Below, piece by piece: positions 8,216 to 18,522 of a stretch of DNA of 63,406 nucleotides (position 1 is its first letter; each line of letters begins with the position of its first letter). The translations under genes were made by a program, and so were the position numbers. The notes below the pieces were generated by a model. That model did not search any database. It had not been told where the DNA came from and saw only the letters and a program-made list of their open reading frames with translations. The DNA comes from a virus (taxonomy: Duplodnaviria > Caudoviricetes), in the IMG/VR virus record IMGVR_UViG_3300042465_001918, positions 1-63,406 of that record. One strand, 5' to 3'.

Positions 8216-11200
8216 TTGTCTTGATTCTCTGGATCTCTGCGTTGATAGCATTCTCCGCCCTGTTGATTCCAGTGATTGCGTCACGCTTCTCATCCCCCGA
8301 CATTTTGGAGATCTGAACCGCAGACTTCATCTGCCGGAGTTCCTTCATGGTCTTCTCGGTGTCGCGGATGTAGTCTTTAAACGCGAAGGTGCCTTGGTTC
8401 TTCTTGAGGTAGTCCACGTATTCTTCAGACTCGCCCTGCTTCTCAAGGAAGTTCATTGTCCTGACAACCGAGTCCACCGAGTCTTTGAGCTTGTAGTACT
8501 CCGTCACGTTGCCTCGCGCCTCTGGGTCGAGGGCGAACCTTTTGATGACGGGTAGCTGCTCAAAGCGCTTGGTCGCCCTCGGGCTGTCGCCGAACTGATC
8601 CATGACCATATCCAGCGTGTCCACGCCGTACATGCCAATCGTTCCGGTGTAGCCTTTGATGACGTGATCCACCTTCATGGGAGACAGCCCCAGCACGTCA
8701 GCGATGCCTTTGGCAAGGGACGATGTGCCCGGGCCAACCTGAAATCTAGGATCTACATCTACCATGCCCTCACTAACGATGGGGCGCAATGTAAACGTGT
8801 TGAAGTTAAACCCAGCCTCAACCAACGGTTTGATAGTTTGAGGTATCGGGTTAAACGCGAAGGTCGAGACCATGTTGCGTTTAATAGCGTCTCTCAGGTC
8901 TTGACCCGTGTCATTGCCAAAGGTGTAGGCGGCAAGCCTTTCCGGAATTGTTTTGAACAGCACACCCACCTCGAACGGGATTGGGATGCGGATGCCCAAG
9001 TACGGGATCAGCCAGTTGTTGTCCTTGGTCTCCTGCTCCTGCTTCTTGTATTCCTCATCGTCTGAGACCATGAACCAGTAGGCGGTGGACAGGGCCATCA
9101 TGGTCATGCCGCGCACAAAGAACTGACGCTGGATAGCCGCTGCGTCCTTGTTGTTCATGTTGCCTGTCGAGGCACGGTAGAACAGATCCAGACCTTGCAG
9201 ACGGGCGTTGAAGAACGGAACAGCCGCAGTCAGGACCCGGATCAATGCTGAGCTACCCTTGCGGTGGAAGTTCATTACCTCCATAGACCTGAACAGGGCC
9301 TCGGCTTCGTTGCCAGTCTCGGCCATGACCCGCTCGTATATGACAACGCGGGTGGCAGCATCTGATGCGGTTGTGCCCTTTTCCAAGGCGTCCCACAGTG
9401 ATGTAAACGGGCGCAGCAGGAGCGCATCCTTCTGGCCCGCTTTCTTGGCCAGATCCTTTTCAAGGTTTAAACCTGACTTCTCGATGTTGCCGCTGTCGTA
9501 ACCGCTGATGATGCCAGCATTGAGCAGTGCTTCAAAGGTTGGAGAGTTCCGAGTCAACGACTTGCCGAAGGACATGACCGTATCTACTACGGGTGTCATC
9601 TTCACGCCTGACGTTACATACGCAGACAGTGAGTCACGCAACAAGTTAGCCATCATGAAGCCGGGATCTTTGGTCACCAAGTTACGCAGGAGGTCCGCTG
9701 GAGCGGACAGTATCCCCATGAAGGGCAGGTCGGATAGGTTTAAACTCTTCACCGCCTCAATGAGCAGGTTGTCCGCCGTTGCATAGGATACGAGTTCACC
9801 CTTCTCTAGAACGTTGATGACGTCGGGAGCCGTAGATGGTGTTTTTAAACGGGTCACACCCATACCCGGCGCATTCACTTGAGACGCAACATTGATGGCT
9901 CGCTGACCTGCATAGTTTTTAATGCCAGCCTGAATGGCTGATTGGGTGTTGCGAACCATGGTCTCCAAGAAGTCGGCAAGAGGTGCTTCCTCTGCAATCG
10001 CACCCTTGAGCTTCTTCGGGGCCTTGACGCCGGACAGAGACTGGAACAGGTTCGGCCCCACCGTTTTCTCGCCGTCCATCTGACGGTAAAAAGGAACGTA
10101 GTCTGCGTACTTCATGTACTCAACGCCCCGTTCTTTTGACAGGACGCCCGTGTCCACCATGTACTTGACCAGCCCGTTGTTGAACGCGATCAGGTCTTTC
10201 TGAACGCTGACAAACTCTGGAAACTTGGCTTCAAGAGCTTTGGCGTAAGCCACATCGGCGGTGGTGATACCGGTTGGTTTTCCCTGCTTGTCCAAGCGCA
10301 CGCCGCGCTTAATCATGGCCCAATACTGGTAGTACTGATATACCTTTGGCTCGTTGTAACGCGCCAGAGGAGCAAGGGATGGAACCAACCCCTTGACGCT
10401 GGTATCGATGGTTGTGATCCCGTTGCGCAGGGTGGGGATGCCGCCGTTGCGGTCTCCCATGCCCATGGCTGACGCTGCGATACCAGCACCCACATCAGAG
10501 AACAGCGCGGCTGACTCTGCGCTTTGATCTGCCAGCAGCACCGCCCCGCCCATCTGCTCCGCCAGCTTCTTGTCATAGACAGACAACTGGTTGTAGCGGT
10601 TCAGGAACCTAGCCCGGAAAGACGCAGCACTCTGTGGAGTGATGGCCTCGATCATGCGCTGAGCAAAGTTCTTTCTCTCGCGTGTAAACGTGGTTTCGTT
10701 AACCCGGTCATTGAGGGCTGTTGAGAAGGTAGGCAGGCTAAAACGAATGTTCTTGGTCTCCCGGCCAAACTCGCCAAGGTTACCGGTCACTGACTTCAGT
10801 TGGGTCGGCTGATAGACCGCATATGTTTTAGCCGGGGTGCGGTCATCTTTTAGCGTGAAGGAGTCAAAGCCAAACCGGTGCAAGCCTCGCTGTACACGGG
10901 GGTCTTCTATAGCCTGTCTCACGCCAAAAGTGATACGACCCGTCAATGAGTCTAGCCATTTATCTGCGAATTCTTGCGGGTAATCGGTGTTGTGGGTAAC
11001 CCACTCCATCACCTGAGCAACGTGTTCCTTGTTCTCAAAGTCAAACGGCGTCTCTGCCCGTGCGTACAGGGGCATGATGGACATCTTGGACGGCGACAGA
11101 TCCAGCAGGGCTGCGTACACCTGATCTTCTATCTCGCCAAATTTCCCGTACACAGGAATCTTGCGCTTGGCCTGACGCATGAAGTTGGCGCTTTCGTCCT

Positions 11201-14200
11201 CTGTGATAGCGCCTTTCTCGGTCTGTGCGTCCAGCACCCGCTCAAAGAAGCTGAGCTTTTCATCTTTGGTTAGGGCGCGGTACACCTCCTGTTGCAAACG
11301 ATCCTGAGCCTTCAGGCCATACTTCTGGGCCGCTTCTGGTGTGGTCGAGAGATAAACGACCTTCGAGTCGCCAGCAGGCTCAAACTCAAAGAAGTTGCGA
11401 GCGGTGGCATGGTAGAACACCATGGGGTTACCGTCGTTGTCGTTCCACTGATTCCCGGCAATGAAGCGTTTAAACGCATCAGTCTTAGGAATGCTGGTTG
11501 CTTCGACGGCCTCTTTGGTTTCCCGAACAGATGGGAAAGAAACATTCTTCAGGCTGTAGCGAACATCGGGGTTTTCGCGGTCAAACGCTCCCGTATTGCC
11601 TATTGCTGATTTAACCTGCCCAGATTCGTACACGGCGAGGTTCTTGCGGCCATTTTCCTTGACGTAGAAGCTGTCAAAACCCAACTTGAGGATGGCATTT
11701 TGCACCGCCTTGGTTTCAATCTGCTCCCACCTTCCAGCCGCAAGGTAAGCTTTTTCTAGATTGCCAATCTTTCGGCCATAACTGTCTGTCAGTTTGTTTA
11801 GCTCGTCTACCATCTGCTGTATGTGCGATGGGTTCTCATAATCAAACGGATTCTGAGCACTGACATAGACCGGCATCACATTGGGGCCGGACGGCATCAT
11901 CTCGGCGTAGGCTTTGCGCAGGTACTCTTTAGCCTCCGGTGTGGCCTTGGAGTAGTCGTTGGTGTTGATGCTGTCAATCATCACCTTGCCCTCTGGGCGG
12001 CTGCGGTAGTCTTTACGGACGGCTGCAATTGCCAGCTTACGGCCTTCGGCGATCTGTTCGTCGGTCAGGACCTGCTCGACCCGCGCAGTTGCAACATCCA
12101 CGCTGTCCATGGCAAAACGATCAGCAAATGTGGGATCGTCGGTCAGGAAGATGGGTGCGCCACGCGCTGTCTTGCGGGTAAAGTCGGTCACATCTTTAGA
12201 TGTGCCGTGGTACATGATCTTGGGCTTGCCGTCCTTATCTACGGCCTTGCTGTCACCAAAGAACTGTTTAAACTCAGGCGTATCTGGGGCGGTACGCAGG
12301 CTGAACTTAGTTTTAACTGCATGCTTGCCGATTAAAACGGCATAGTCCTGCGAGGATGACAAATCCTTAACGAGGTAGCCATCAAAACCGGCCTCCCGCA
12401 CACCGCGCTCCCACTGGCTTGCTCGATCCGCCTGTGAGTCGCCCTTGGTATTTTTTAGGATCTGAAGTGGGTCTGTCTTTGTGTTGTACAGATTGTTCAA
12501 CTGAATGACATGAGGCGCTCCGCCGACACCGGCCTCTGGGCGGATACCCTTGCCATTGTCAACGTAGAAATAAATCCGGCTGCGGATGTCTGCGTTGTCT
12601 TTGTTGTTTAAACGCTCACGCTCAAGACCTCGCAGGCCAGCCCCATGGAACTCAGACGAAAGTGTTTCGCGTGGCTCTTGGCTGAAATGAACGCCAACAG
12701 CGCTTACCGAGTCTTTGGTTGCTGTGCCGTATTCTGCGGTTGGCTTCCCGTAGTCAATCGCAGAACCGCGCTCTCCACCACCGAGGCGAGCCGCTCCTCT
12801 GGCGTCAATCCATCTGTCGCGGAGGGCGATGGCGTTCTCTGAAATGGCCTGAAGACGGCGGCTCCCTTGCCCCCGAACATCTGCCCCGGCTTCTCCTTGA
12901 AGTCTCTTACTGTCGCCATATCGCGTTTCCTTTAGATAGTCGCTTCTCGTATCAGGGGCAATGAATGAACTGTGGAAAGTTTCCGGAGCCGAGACGTCAA
13001 TAACGCCATCGTATGGAAACGATTCAATAGCATCTCTGATTGCCTGATGGTATTGCTTGTCATCGAGCGTGTCAACTTTATCGTTGTACGCAGAAAAATT
13101 TCCGTACAGAAGACTGCCATCACGCAGAGTGTCGCCGTCAGCTTGCGGGACTTCTTTGGCAATGTGGTCTCGCAGACCGCTCAGTTCTTCTTCAGTCATC
13201 CCCTCTGGGATCTGAACCTTTACAAACCCAGCCTGATCGCCAGAGGTCTTGTTTGTCTCATCAAAGACAACCATGGCCTTTTGGTCAAGCACATAGCCAA
13301 GAACACGGCCCAACTCATCAAGCTCTTGCGTGGTTGCATTCTCTGGGGCCTCAACAATGATGTTGGGGTTAACCTCGCCCTCATATTTCCCGCTGCTGAA
13401 TGTGTAGCTGTAGCCGGTAAAGCCAAGCTCAGAAAAGACCGCAGACATCGTTTTGTCTGCCACTGCCTTTGTTGAGTTGATGCGCTCTTTGGGCGTCATC
13501 TCCCGCCACTTCTCGGCGGTTACTTGGTCTGGGTTGGGCGCGACCTCGGCAACTATTCCTTTTCGGAGGGAGAGCTTTCCTGTAGCTGGCGCAGCAGCAT
13601 CGCTGACACCCTTCTCACCGCCTCTTCTTCCTGCCTCGACGAATCGCTTTGCGCCATCGCTGAAGCCGTAGGAGGGCGAGAGGACGCCGATTTTTGTGAA
13701 GAGTTGTTGTTCATAGAACCAGAGGAGGGACTGGGCTTGGTACGGTTTGATTCCTGCATTTTTTGCTACCTCGTTAATCAGTGCCTTGATTGCTCTGCGC
13801 TGTGGCTCAGTTGGAGCGTCAACAATCTTGCCGTCCGGGCCGAGCATCTTACCAAAATAGCGGTTGAACGTGCGGGTCATCCACTTGTCAACGGTGACAT
13901 CGTGGATGCCGTTTAGGTTCGAAACAAATGGTCCAACCTTGGGGCCGAACGCATACAGACCGGGCCGCATATCCGTAAGCTTGCCGTCAATTCCGCTCTT
14001 GACGTTCCCGTACTTTAAGCGGAAGCTGTTTATTTCCTTGACCGTGTGATCTGTGAAGAGCCACTCAAGAGCCTTCTTTTGGCCCATGTCCTTGACCATC
14101 TTGTTAAGGAAGTCAAGCTGCGTCTTTTTGTTGACCGAGGTTGTGCCGCCCGTCCACAAGCTGCCAGTCTCTGGGTTTATGCCCGGGATAACACCTGCGT

Positions 14201-16952
14201 CAACGTAATGTTGAAACGCCTTTGCGGCAATAAACCAGTTGTCCCGCGCCGTGGTCTGCGGGGACATGATGCCAGCCATAACGCTGAAGAGCAGCCGGTT
14301 GTCTACCTTGCTCAGCTCAGGGATTAACTTCTTGGTCTGTTTAAACGCATCTTTTACGTCGTCCTCATACCAATTCAAGCCGGACTTCTCGCTTTTAAGT
14401 TGGAAGGCGACCTCTTCGGTGGCAAGCTTAACCGCACGGTCAAAGCTGGCCTTGTCGGTGAAGTCAAGTGATGAGCCAAACTCCTCCCTCACCTGATCAT
14501 CAAAATACTTGCCAATCGAATCTACGGTTGGCTTGATCTTGGTTGGTTCCGTTTTGCCCTCTTTTGGAGGACCCTCAAACTTTGGAGCCTCTTCACCGCG
14601 CATGATCGGCAGGCTTAATTTCTCCTCGGCCTTCTTTGCTTTTGGCTTGCGCGACTTCAACTCGCCACGCTCAACGCGCTCAAAGATGTCCTCAGACGAT
14701 TCAAAGCCAGCACCGCGCAGGGCTTGGCCAAAGTTCTTGAAGAAGTCCTTGAGCTTTTTAAACAGGGCGGCAATCAATCCGGGTGGCGGTTTAACGCCAC
14801 GATCATAGGCACCGAAGGCATCGGCCACAGCCTCCTCAATAATCGCCTCCTGCGAGTATCCGAGCTTCTTGTAGGCATCAAGGCGACTCATGGTCTGCAT
14901 CTTGCCGTCCACCTCAACTTCGGCGGTCTGATCCTCAAGGTACTCTTTGACCCACTGCTTGTTGGCTCGCTCTGTGAGGGCTTTCCATTGCTGCGGGGTG
15001 AAAAACTCCAAATCTCTCAGCGCATGCATAGACTCATGGCGCATGGTCTGCAAAGGCTTTGGCTCATCCATGGAGATCTGGATCAGCTTATCGAGATACG
15101 ATCCGCCTGCGTTGTTGGCAATTTTGTCAACAATGTTTAAACCCACATCCCCCAAGTTGAACTTGGTGATCATGGGCCGGAGCAGCTCGTCAAGCTTCTG
15201 GGATTCTGACTGCGCTTGGAGAGTTTGAGCCTCTAAATCTGTCTGTTTAAACACCTCTGGCTCTGCCGCCCGCAGTGTTGCTTCGGCTTCTTCAAAGGTC
15301 GGGTAGGTTCCAACAATCTCGTCGCCACGGGTTGCAACAAAGTCACTCTGAATGTTGGTCTTCAGACCAATCGGGGCAAAGCTTAGGGGTGCTTGATAGC
15401 TGTTAAATTGGGCATCTATTTCTGCCAACCGGACTTCTGCTTCTTGCTGTTTTTGTGAAAACAGTGCTTTGGCTTGAACATACTCATCCGTGTCGGCCTT
15501 TCCTGTGGCCTCCATGACATCAAGCTTGCGGCCCTCCGCTTGAATCGTCTTCGTAATCTTGTCGCCTTCCTCCAGTAGACGGAGTTGTTCCTCTGCCCGG
15601 ATCTCGGTAAGAGAGGCGATCTTGGCGTCTATGTCAGCTTGCGTTGCAACGGTTGTCAGGGGCTTGTCCGAGCCTTCAGCAAAGATGCCAAAGGACTCAG
15701 GCACATCCTCACGGCTGAGTTCTCTCTGAGTGATTGTGAAGCCGCCGGGTAGCTGTACTGGCTCAGGGGCAGGAACATCTACGGGCGTACCTTCGCCAAA
15801 CTCTTTGGCAAATTGATCACGCTCGTCTTGTACCTGCGTGAGGGCTTCCGAGGGCTTGACTTGAGGACGGGCAGACAAGGCTCCAGCAGCGCCTCCGATA
15901 CCGGCAGCGCCAAGGGTTGCCATGGCAGCAGCTTCACCAGTTCCCGCAAGCAGATCACGGTCAAGGCCAGCCTGTTGGGCTGCGATGTTTTGAGCGATCT
16001 TGCCACCAACTTCTTCGATGTTCTCGCTAGGGATTTCTTTAAGGGCGGTTATGGCTGCACTGCCAAGTCGAGAACCGGTCAGTTTTTTACCCGCCAAAAC
16101 CTCTTCCAGCGCCTTACCGCCGGGAAGGTATCTGTTAGCAAGAACGGAAAGACCGTAGCCAGAAACGCCAGCAAGACGGGCCTTGTTAATGGCTTCTTCT
16201 GCGGCTTGTTCTGGGGTGGAACCCTGCTCAATCAAACCTGCCACGATCTCGTCGTAAGAGCCAGCGCCAATGTCTGCACCCTGCATGACCGCGCCAGTTT
16301 GAATGGCGGCAGTTGTTCCGGCCTGAATCGCTTTCTTTTGCGCAAGACGCTGAGCCGCCTCTAGGGCAGCGCCTCGGGCGGCTGCGGCACTCATGACGCC
16401 CTGTTTGGCTATGTAACCAGCACCACCGCCAGCCAAAATCATGGGGATAACCTGTGGGGCTTGTTCCGCAAGAAAGCCAGCAAGCAGGCCGGGGTCTGTA
16501 ATCGTCTGACCCAAAGACGCTTTAAACGCAGCAAACTGGCCTTCTTTCGAGGCTTCCTCTACGGCTTTTGCGCGTTCGGCTTCCCGGGCCTTGAGGCCCT
16601 CGGACTTCATTTCTTCGCCAAATTGGGAGAGTCTTTCGCCAGCGCCAAGTAACCCAGTTTTGGAGAAGTTGCCGGTTGCTAAACCATACACTTGACCCGG
16701 CACCTGCACAATACTTCCAAGACCACCAACAAGGCCAGCGCCAACGTCTTTGATGGCCGCGCCTACGGTACGCTCTTTGTCTTTCTCTGTGACGGACGGC
16801 GCAATAGGCTCATCAGTCATCCACTGATTGTTTATTAGATAGGCTTTTTCTTTTTTCTCATTAAATGCTGTCTGGCTGACGGGCATCCATTGCCCATCGA
16901 CCAAGGCAACTACTTCGCCCGTTTCCGAGTTTGTGGCAGTTTGAATTGCCAT
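8196..16952 (-). CDS. Giant polyvalent virion/ejection protein (zincin HExxH, glycosylase-like, 2-3 ART-like domains, LPD38)
   Basis: 2918 aa; HESMH; VTVDKWMTR; two FKxF..G...YH(G/A)T...MP(V/L)Y...PFD...GFDS...Q(V/L)KS..GN modules; C-terminal KDNNWLIP..IRIPIPFEVG; last gene of ejection cluster. Confidence 0.8.
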   Translation of the reverse strand: MAIQTATNSETGEVVALVDGQWMPVSQTAFNEKKEKAYLINNQWMTDEPIAPSVTEKDKERTVGAAIKDVGAGLVGGLGSIVQVPGQVYGLATGNFSKTGLLGAGERLSQFGEEMKSEGLKAREAERAKAVEEASKEGQFAAFKASLGQTITDPGLLAGFLAEQAPQVIPMILAGGGAGYIAKQGVMSAAAARGAALEAAQRLAQKKAIQAGTTAAIQTGAVMQGADIGAGSYDEIVAGLIEQGSTPEQAAEEAINKARLAGVSGYGLSVLANRYLPGGKALEEVLAGKKLTGSRLGSAAITALKEIPSENIEEVGGKIAQNIAAQQAGLDRDLLAGTGEAAAMATLGAAGIGGAAGALSARPQVKPSEALTQVQDERDQFAKEFGEGTPVDVPAPEPVQLPGGFTITQRELSREDVPESFGIFAEGSDKPLTTVATQADIDAKIASLTEIRAEEQLRLLEEGDKITKTIQAEGRKLDVMEATGKADTDEYVQAKALFSQKQQEAEVRLAEIDAQFNSYQAPLSFAPIGLKTNIQSDFVATRGDEIVGTYPTFEEAEATLRAAEPEVFKQTDLEAQTLQAQSESQKLDELLRPMITKFNLGDVGLNIVDKIANNAGGSYLDKLIQISMDEPKPLQTMRHESMHALRDLEFFTPQQWKALTERANKQWVKEYLEDQTAEVEVDGKMQTMSRLDAYKKLGYSQEAIIEEAVADAFGAYDRGVKPPPGLIAALFKKLKDFFKNFGQALRGAGFESSEDIFERVERGELKSRKPKAKKAEEKLSLPIMRGEEAPKFEGPPKEGKTEPTKIKPTVDSIGKYFDDQVREEFGSSLDFTDKASFDRAVKLATEEVAFQLKSEKSGLNWYEDDVKDAFKQTKKLIPELSKVDNRLLFSVMAGIMSPQTTARDNWFIAAKAFQHYVDAGVIPGINPETGSLWTGGTTSVNKKTQLDFLNKMVKDMGQKKALEWLFTDHTVKEINSFRLKYGNVKSGIDGKLTDMRPGLYAFGPKVGPFVSNLNGIHDVTVDKWMTRTFNRYFGKMLGPDGKIVDAPTEPQRRAIKALINEVAKNAGIKPYQAQSLLWFYEQQLFTKIGVLSPSYGFSDGAKRFVEAGRRGGEKGVSDAAAPATGKLSLRKGIVAEVAPNPDQVTAEKWREMTPKERINSTKAVADKTMSAVFSELGFTGYSYTFSSGKYEGEVNPNIIVEAPENATTQELDELGRVLGYVLDQKAMVVFDETNKTSGDQAGFVKVQIPEGMTEEELSGLRDHIAKEVPQADGDTLRDGSLLYGNFSAYNDKVDTLDDKQYHQAIRDAIESFPYDGVIDVSAPETFHSSFIAPDTRSDYLKETRYGDSKRLQGEAGADVRGQGSRRLQAISENAIALRDRWIDARGAARLGGGERGSAIDYGKPTAEYGTATKDSVSAVGVHFSQEPRETLSSEFHGAGLRGLERERLNNKDNADIRSRIYFYVDNGKGIRPEAGVGGAPHVIQLNNLYNTKTDPLQILKNTKGDSQADRASQWERGVREAGFDGYLVKDLSSSQDYAVLIGKHAVKTKFSLRTAPDTPEFKQFFGDSKAVDKDGKPKIMYHGTSKDVTDFTRKTARGAPIFLTDDPTFADRFAMDSVDVATARVEQVLTDEQIAEGRKLAIAAVRKDYRSRPEGKVMIDSINTNDYSKATPEAKEYLRKAYAEMMPSGPNVMPVYVSAQNPFDYENPSHIQQMVDELNKLTDSYGRKIGNLEKAYLAAGRWEQIETKAVQNAILKLGFDSFYVKENGRKNLAVYESGQVKSAIGNTGAFDRENPDVRYSLKNVSFPSVRETKEAVEATSIPKTDAFKRFIAGNQWNDNDGNPMVFYHATARNFFEFEPAGDSKVVYLSTTPEAAQKYGLKAQDRLQQEVYRALTKDEKLSFFERVLDAQTEKGAITEDESANFMRQAKRKIPVYGKFGEIEDQVYAALLDLSPSKMSIMPLYARAETPFDFENKEHVAQVMEWVTHNTDYPQEFADKWLDSLTGRITFGVRQAIEDPRVQRGLHRFGFDSFTLKDDRTPAKTYAVYQPTQLKSVTGNLGEFGRETKNIRFSLPTFSTALNDRVNETTFTRERKNFAQRMIEAITPQSAASFRARFLNRYNQLSVYDKKLAEQMGGAVLLADQSAESAALFSDVGAGIAASAMGMGDRNGGIPTLRNGITTIDTSVKGLVPSLAPLARYNEPKVYQYYQYWAMIKRGVRLDKQGKPTGITTADVAYAKALEAKFPEFVSVQKDLIAFNNGLVKYMVDTGVLSKERGVEYMKYADYVPFYRQMDGEKTVGPNLFQSLSGVKAPKKLKGAIAEEAPLADFLETMVRNTQSAIQAGIKNYAGQRAINVASQVNAPGMGVTRLKTPSTAPDVINVLEKGELVSYATADNLLIEAVKSLNLSDLPFMGILSAPADLLRNLVTKDPGFMMANLLRDSLSAYVTSGVKMTPVVDTVMSFGKSLTRNSPTFEALLNAGIISGYDSGNIEKSGLNLEKDLAKKAGQKDALLLRPFTSLWDALEKGTTASDAATRVVIYERVMAETGNEAEALFRSMEVMNFHRKGSSALIRVLTAAVPFFNARLQGLDLFYRASTGNMNNKDAAAIQRQFFVRGMTMMALSTAYWFMVSDDEEYKKQEQETKDNNWLIPYLGIRIPIPFEVGVLFKTIPERLAAYTFGNDTGQDLRDAIKRNMVSTFAFNPIPQTIKPLVEAGFNFNTFTLRPIVSEGMVDVDPRFQVGPGTSSLAKGIADVLGLSPMKVDHVIKGYTGTIGMYGVDTLDMVMDQFGDSPRATKRFEQLPVIKRFALDPEARGNVTEYYKLKDSVDSVVRTMNFLEKQGESEEYVDYLKKNQGTFAFKDYIRDTEKTMKELRQMKSAVQISKMSGDEKRDAITGINRAENAINAEIQRIKTIISSAQ

Positions 16953-16954
16953 AA

Positions 16955-18514
16955 TTAATTTACCTTAAAGCCGGGTGGCGGTGGTGGCGCCTTACCCGTT
17001 TGTGAGGCCACTGGGCCAAACAATTCCTTCTTCAATCTAGCAATGTTCGCTTGCTGTTCGGGAAGCAGCGATGCGGACGGCGAGGCTTCAAGCTCTGCCA
17101 ATTTCTTGACCATTTCTTTTTTGTATAAACCTTGGATGGTTCCTTCGCCCATTGTTTGCAATTCGGCGTTTGCTTTAAGTACGTCGCCTTTGTTCTTGGC
17201 TATAAGCGCTTTAAAAACTTGCTGAGTCGGCGTATCTTCTTTTGCACCAATCTGCATCGCAGTTCTGCGGTCAGCTCGCTCCTCTCCTCGGAGGGCAATA
17301 GCATCTTTAATCTGAAGATCAAGGATTTTGAGAGCCACTTCCCTGCTAACGTTATAACGCTCTTTAATATCTTTGACCATGTCTTCTGTAGCTTCAATAC
17401 CAACCTTGCGCTCATTCATGCGCAGCTTGTGAAGCTGGGTGGCGTTCAACTCACCACGTTGGGCTTCTGCTGCCTCAAGGCGGTCTCGAGACTCTGAAAG
17501 CTTATCTCTCGCCGCAGCGACTCTATCGCGGTTAGCCAAGTAGCCTTTGACGCCGACACTTGCATCTGGATTGCGTTTTGACATCAACTCAGCGCCATAC
17601 AGCAGCAAACCAATCCCAATGCCTTGGTTGTCCATGGCCGCAATTTCTTTCTCTTTGGCATCCTGACGTGCCCTCTGGCCCTTGGTGATGTCACCGTACT
17701 TCTCTTGTATCTTTTCTAAGCCAGCGGTATCTGCTTGAGCGGCCTCTTTCCTCTCACGAGCAAGAGCCTCAAGCTGAGATTTATATGGGCTTTCTGTTAC
17801 AGCAACCTTGCCCATCGCTTCATCAAACAAACCTTGTATGCCAAGAGGTTTTGAGCTTGGCATGGCAACGCCTCTTGGGGCGGCAATTGGGGCGGCGCTT
17901 GTTGATGCAGGTGTTCGACCACTCCCAACACCAACTTCGGGCGGCAGGTCTACCACTTGAGGCGCGGCAACAGGAGACTTGGTTGGAGCGGTAATCTTTC
18001 CTTCTTCAATGTCTCGGATGGTCGATAAACCAACATTTTGCTTGTTATCGCGCAGAGCCTGCACTATGGCGTTAACTTGTTCTCTGCTTGGCTTTGGAGG
18101 CGCTGGACGATCATCCTCCATTTGGGCAATAGAACCGCCAAACTGAGGGTCCGTAACCAGACCTTCGTCAGCAAACGCAATGATGCCGCCGTTTGCACCG
18201 TAATATGTATCGTCAATTGGGATTTGACCAATGCCAGTGTCTTCGGGCATCTCTTGTTCGAACTCCACCTCCTCTGCGGGGATGGTGGCTCTAGCCATCG
18301 GGGCGATGTTTTCAATAGCGCTATCAACAACGGAAGCCTGTGGCTGAGCCTTGGCCTGCCTAGACCTGTCCATTGCTTTTTGCTGATCAGAGACAAATAG
18401 AGCCAGAGAGACAAGGTAGGGGTTTCCTGCGTTGTTCTGTGCGTATTCCTTCAACTGATCTCTGCTCATCGTTGCCAAGAACTCGGCAGTGTTGGAAAAG
18501 TCTTGTATTCTCAT
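16955..18514 (-). CDS. Putative internal virion/DNA-ejection protein (P22 gp20 position)
   Basis: Helical, low-complexity 519 aa; GANGGIIAF motif; synteny. Confidence 0.6.
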   Translation of the reverse strand: MRIQDFSNTAEFLATMSRDQLKEYAQNNAGNPYLVSLALFVSDQQKAMDRSRQAKAQPQASVVDSAIENIAPMARATIPAEEVEFEQEMPEDTGIGQIPIDDTYYGANGGIIAFADEGLVTDPQFGGSIAQMEDDRPAPPKPSREQVNAIVQALRDNKQNVGLSTIRDIEEGKITAPTKSPVAAPQVVDLPPEVGVGSGRTPASTSAAPIAAPRGVAMPSSKPLGIQGLFDEAMGKVAVTESPYKSQLEALARERKEAAQADTAGLEKIQEKYGDITKGQRARQDAKEKEIAAMDNQGIGIGLLLYGAELMSKRNPDASVGVKGYLANRDRVAAARDKLSESRDRLEAAEAQRGELNATQLHKLRMNERKVGIEATEDMVKDIKERYNVSREVALKILDLQIKDAIALRGEERADRRTAMQIGAKEDTPTQQVFKALIAKNKGDVLKANAELQTMGEGTIQGLYKKEMVKKLAELEASPSASLLPEQQANIARLKKELFGPVASQTGKAPPPPPGFKVN

Positions 18515-18522
18515 GACGTGCC

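Noticed and set aside
8664-16652. Many plus-strand ORFs antisense to the giant gene
   Set aside because: Shadow ORFs without RBS or recognisable motifs.
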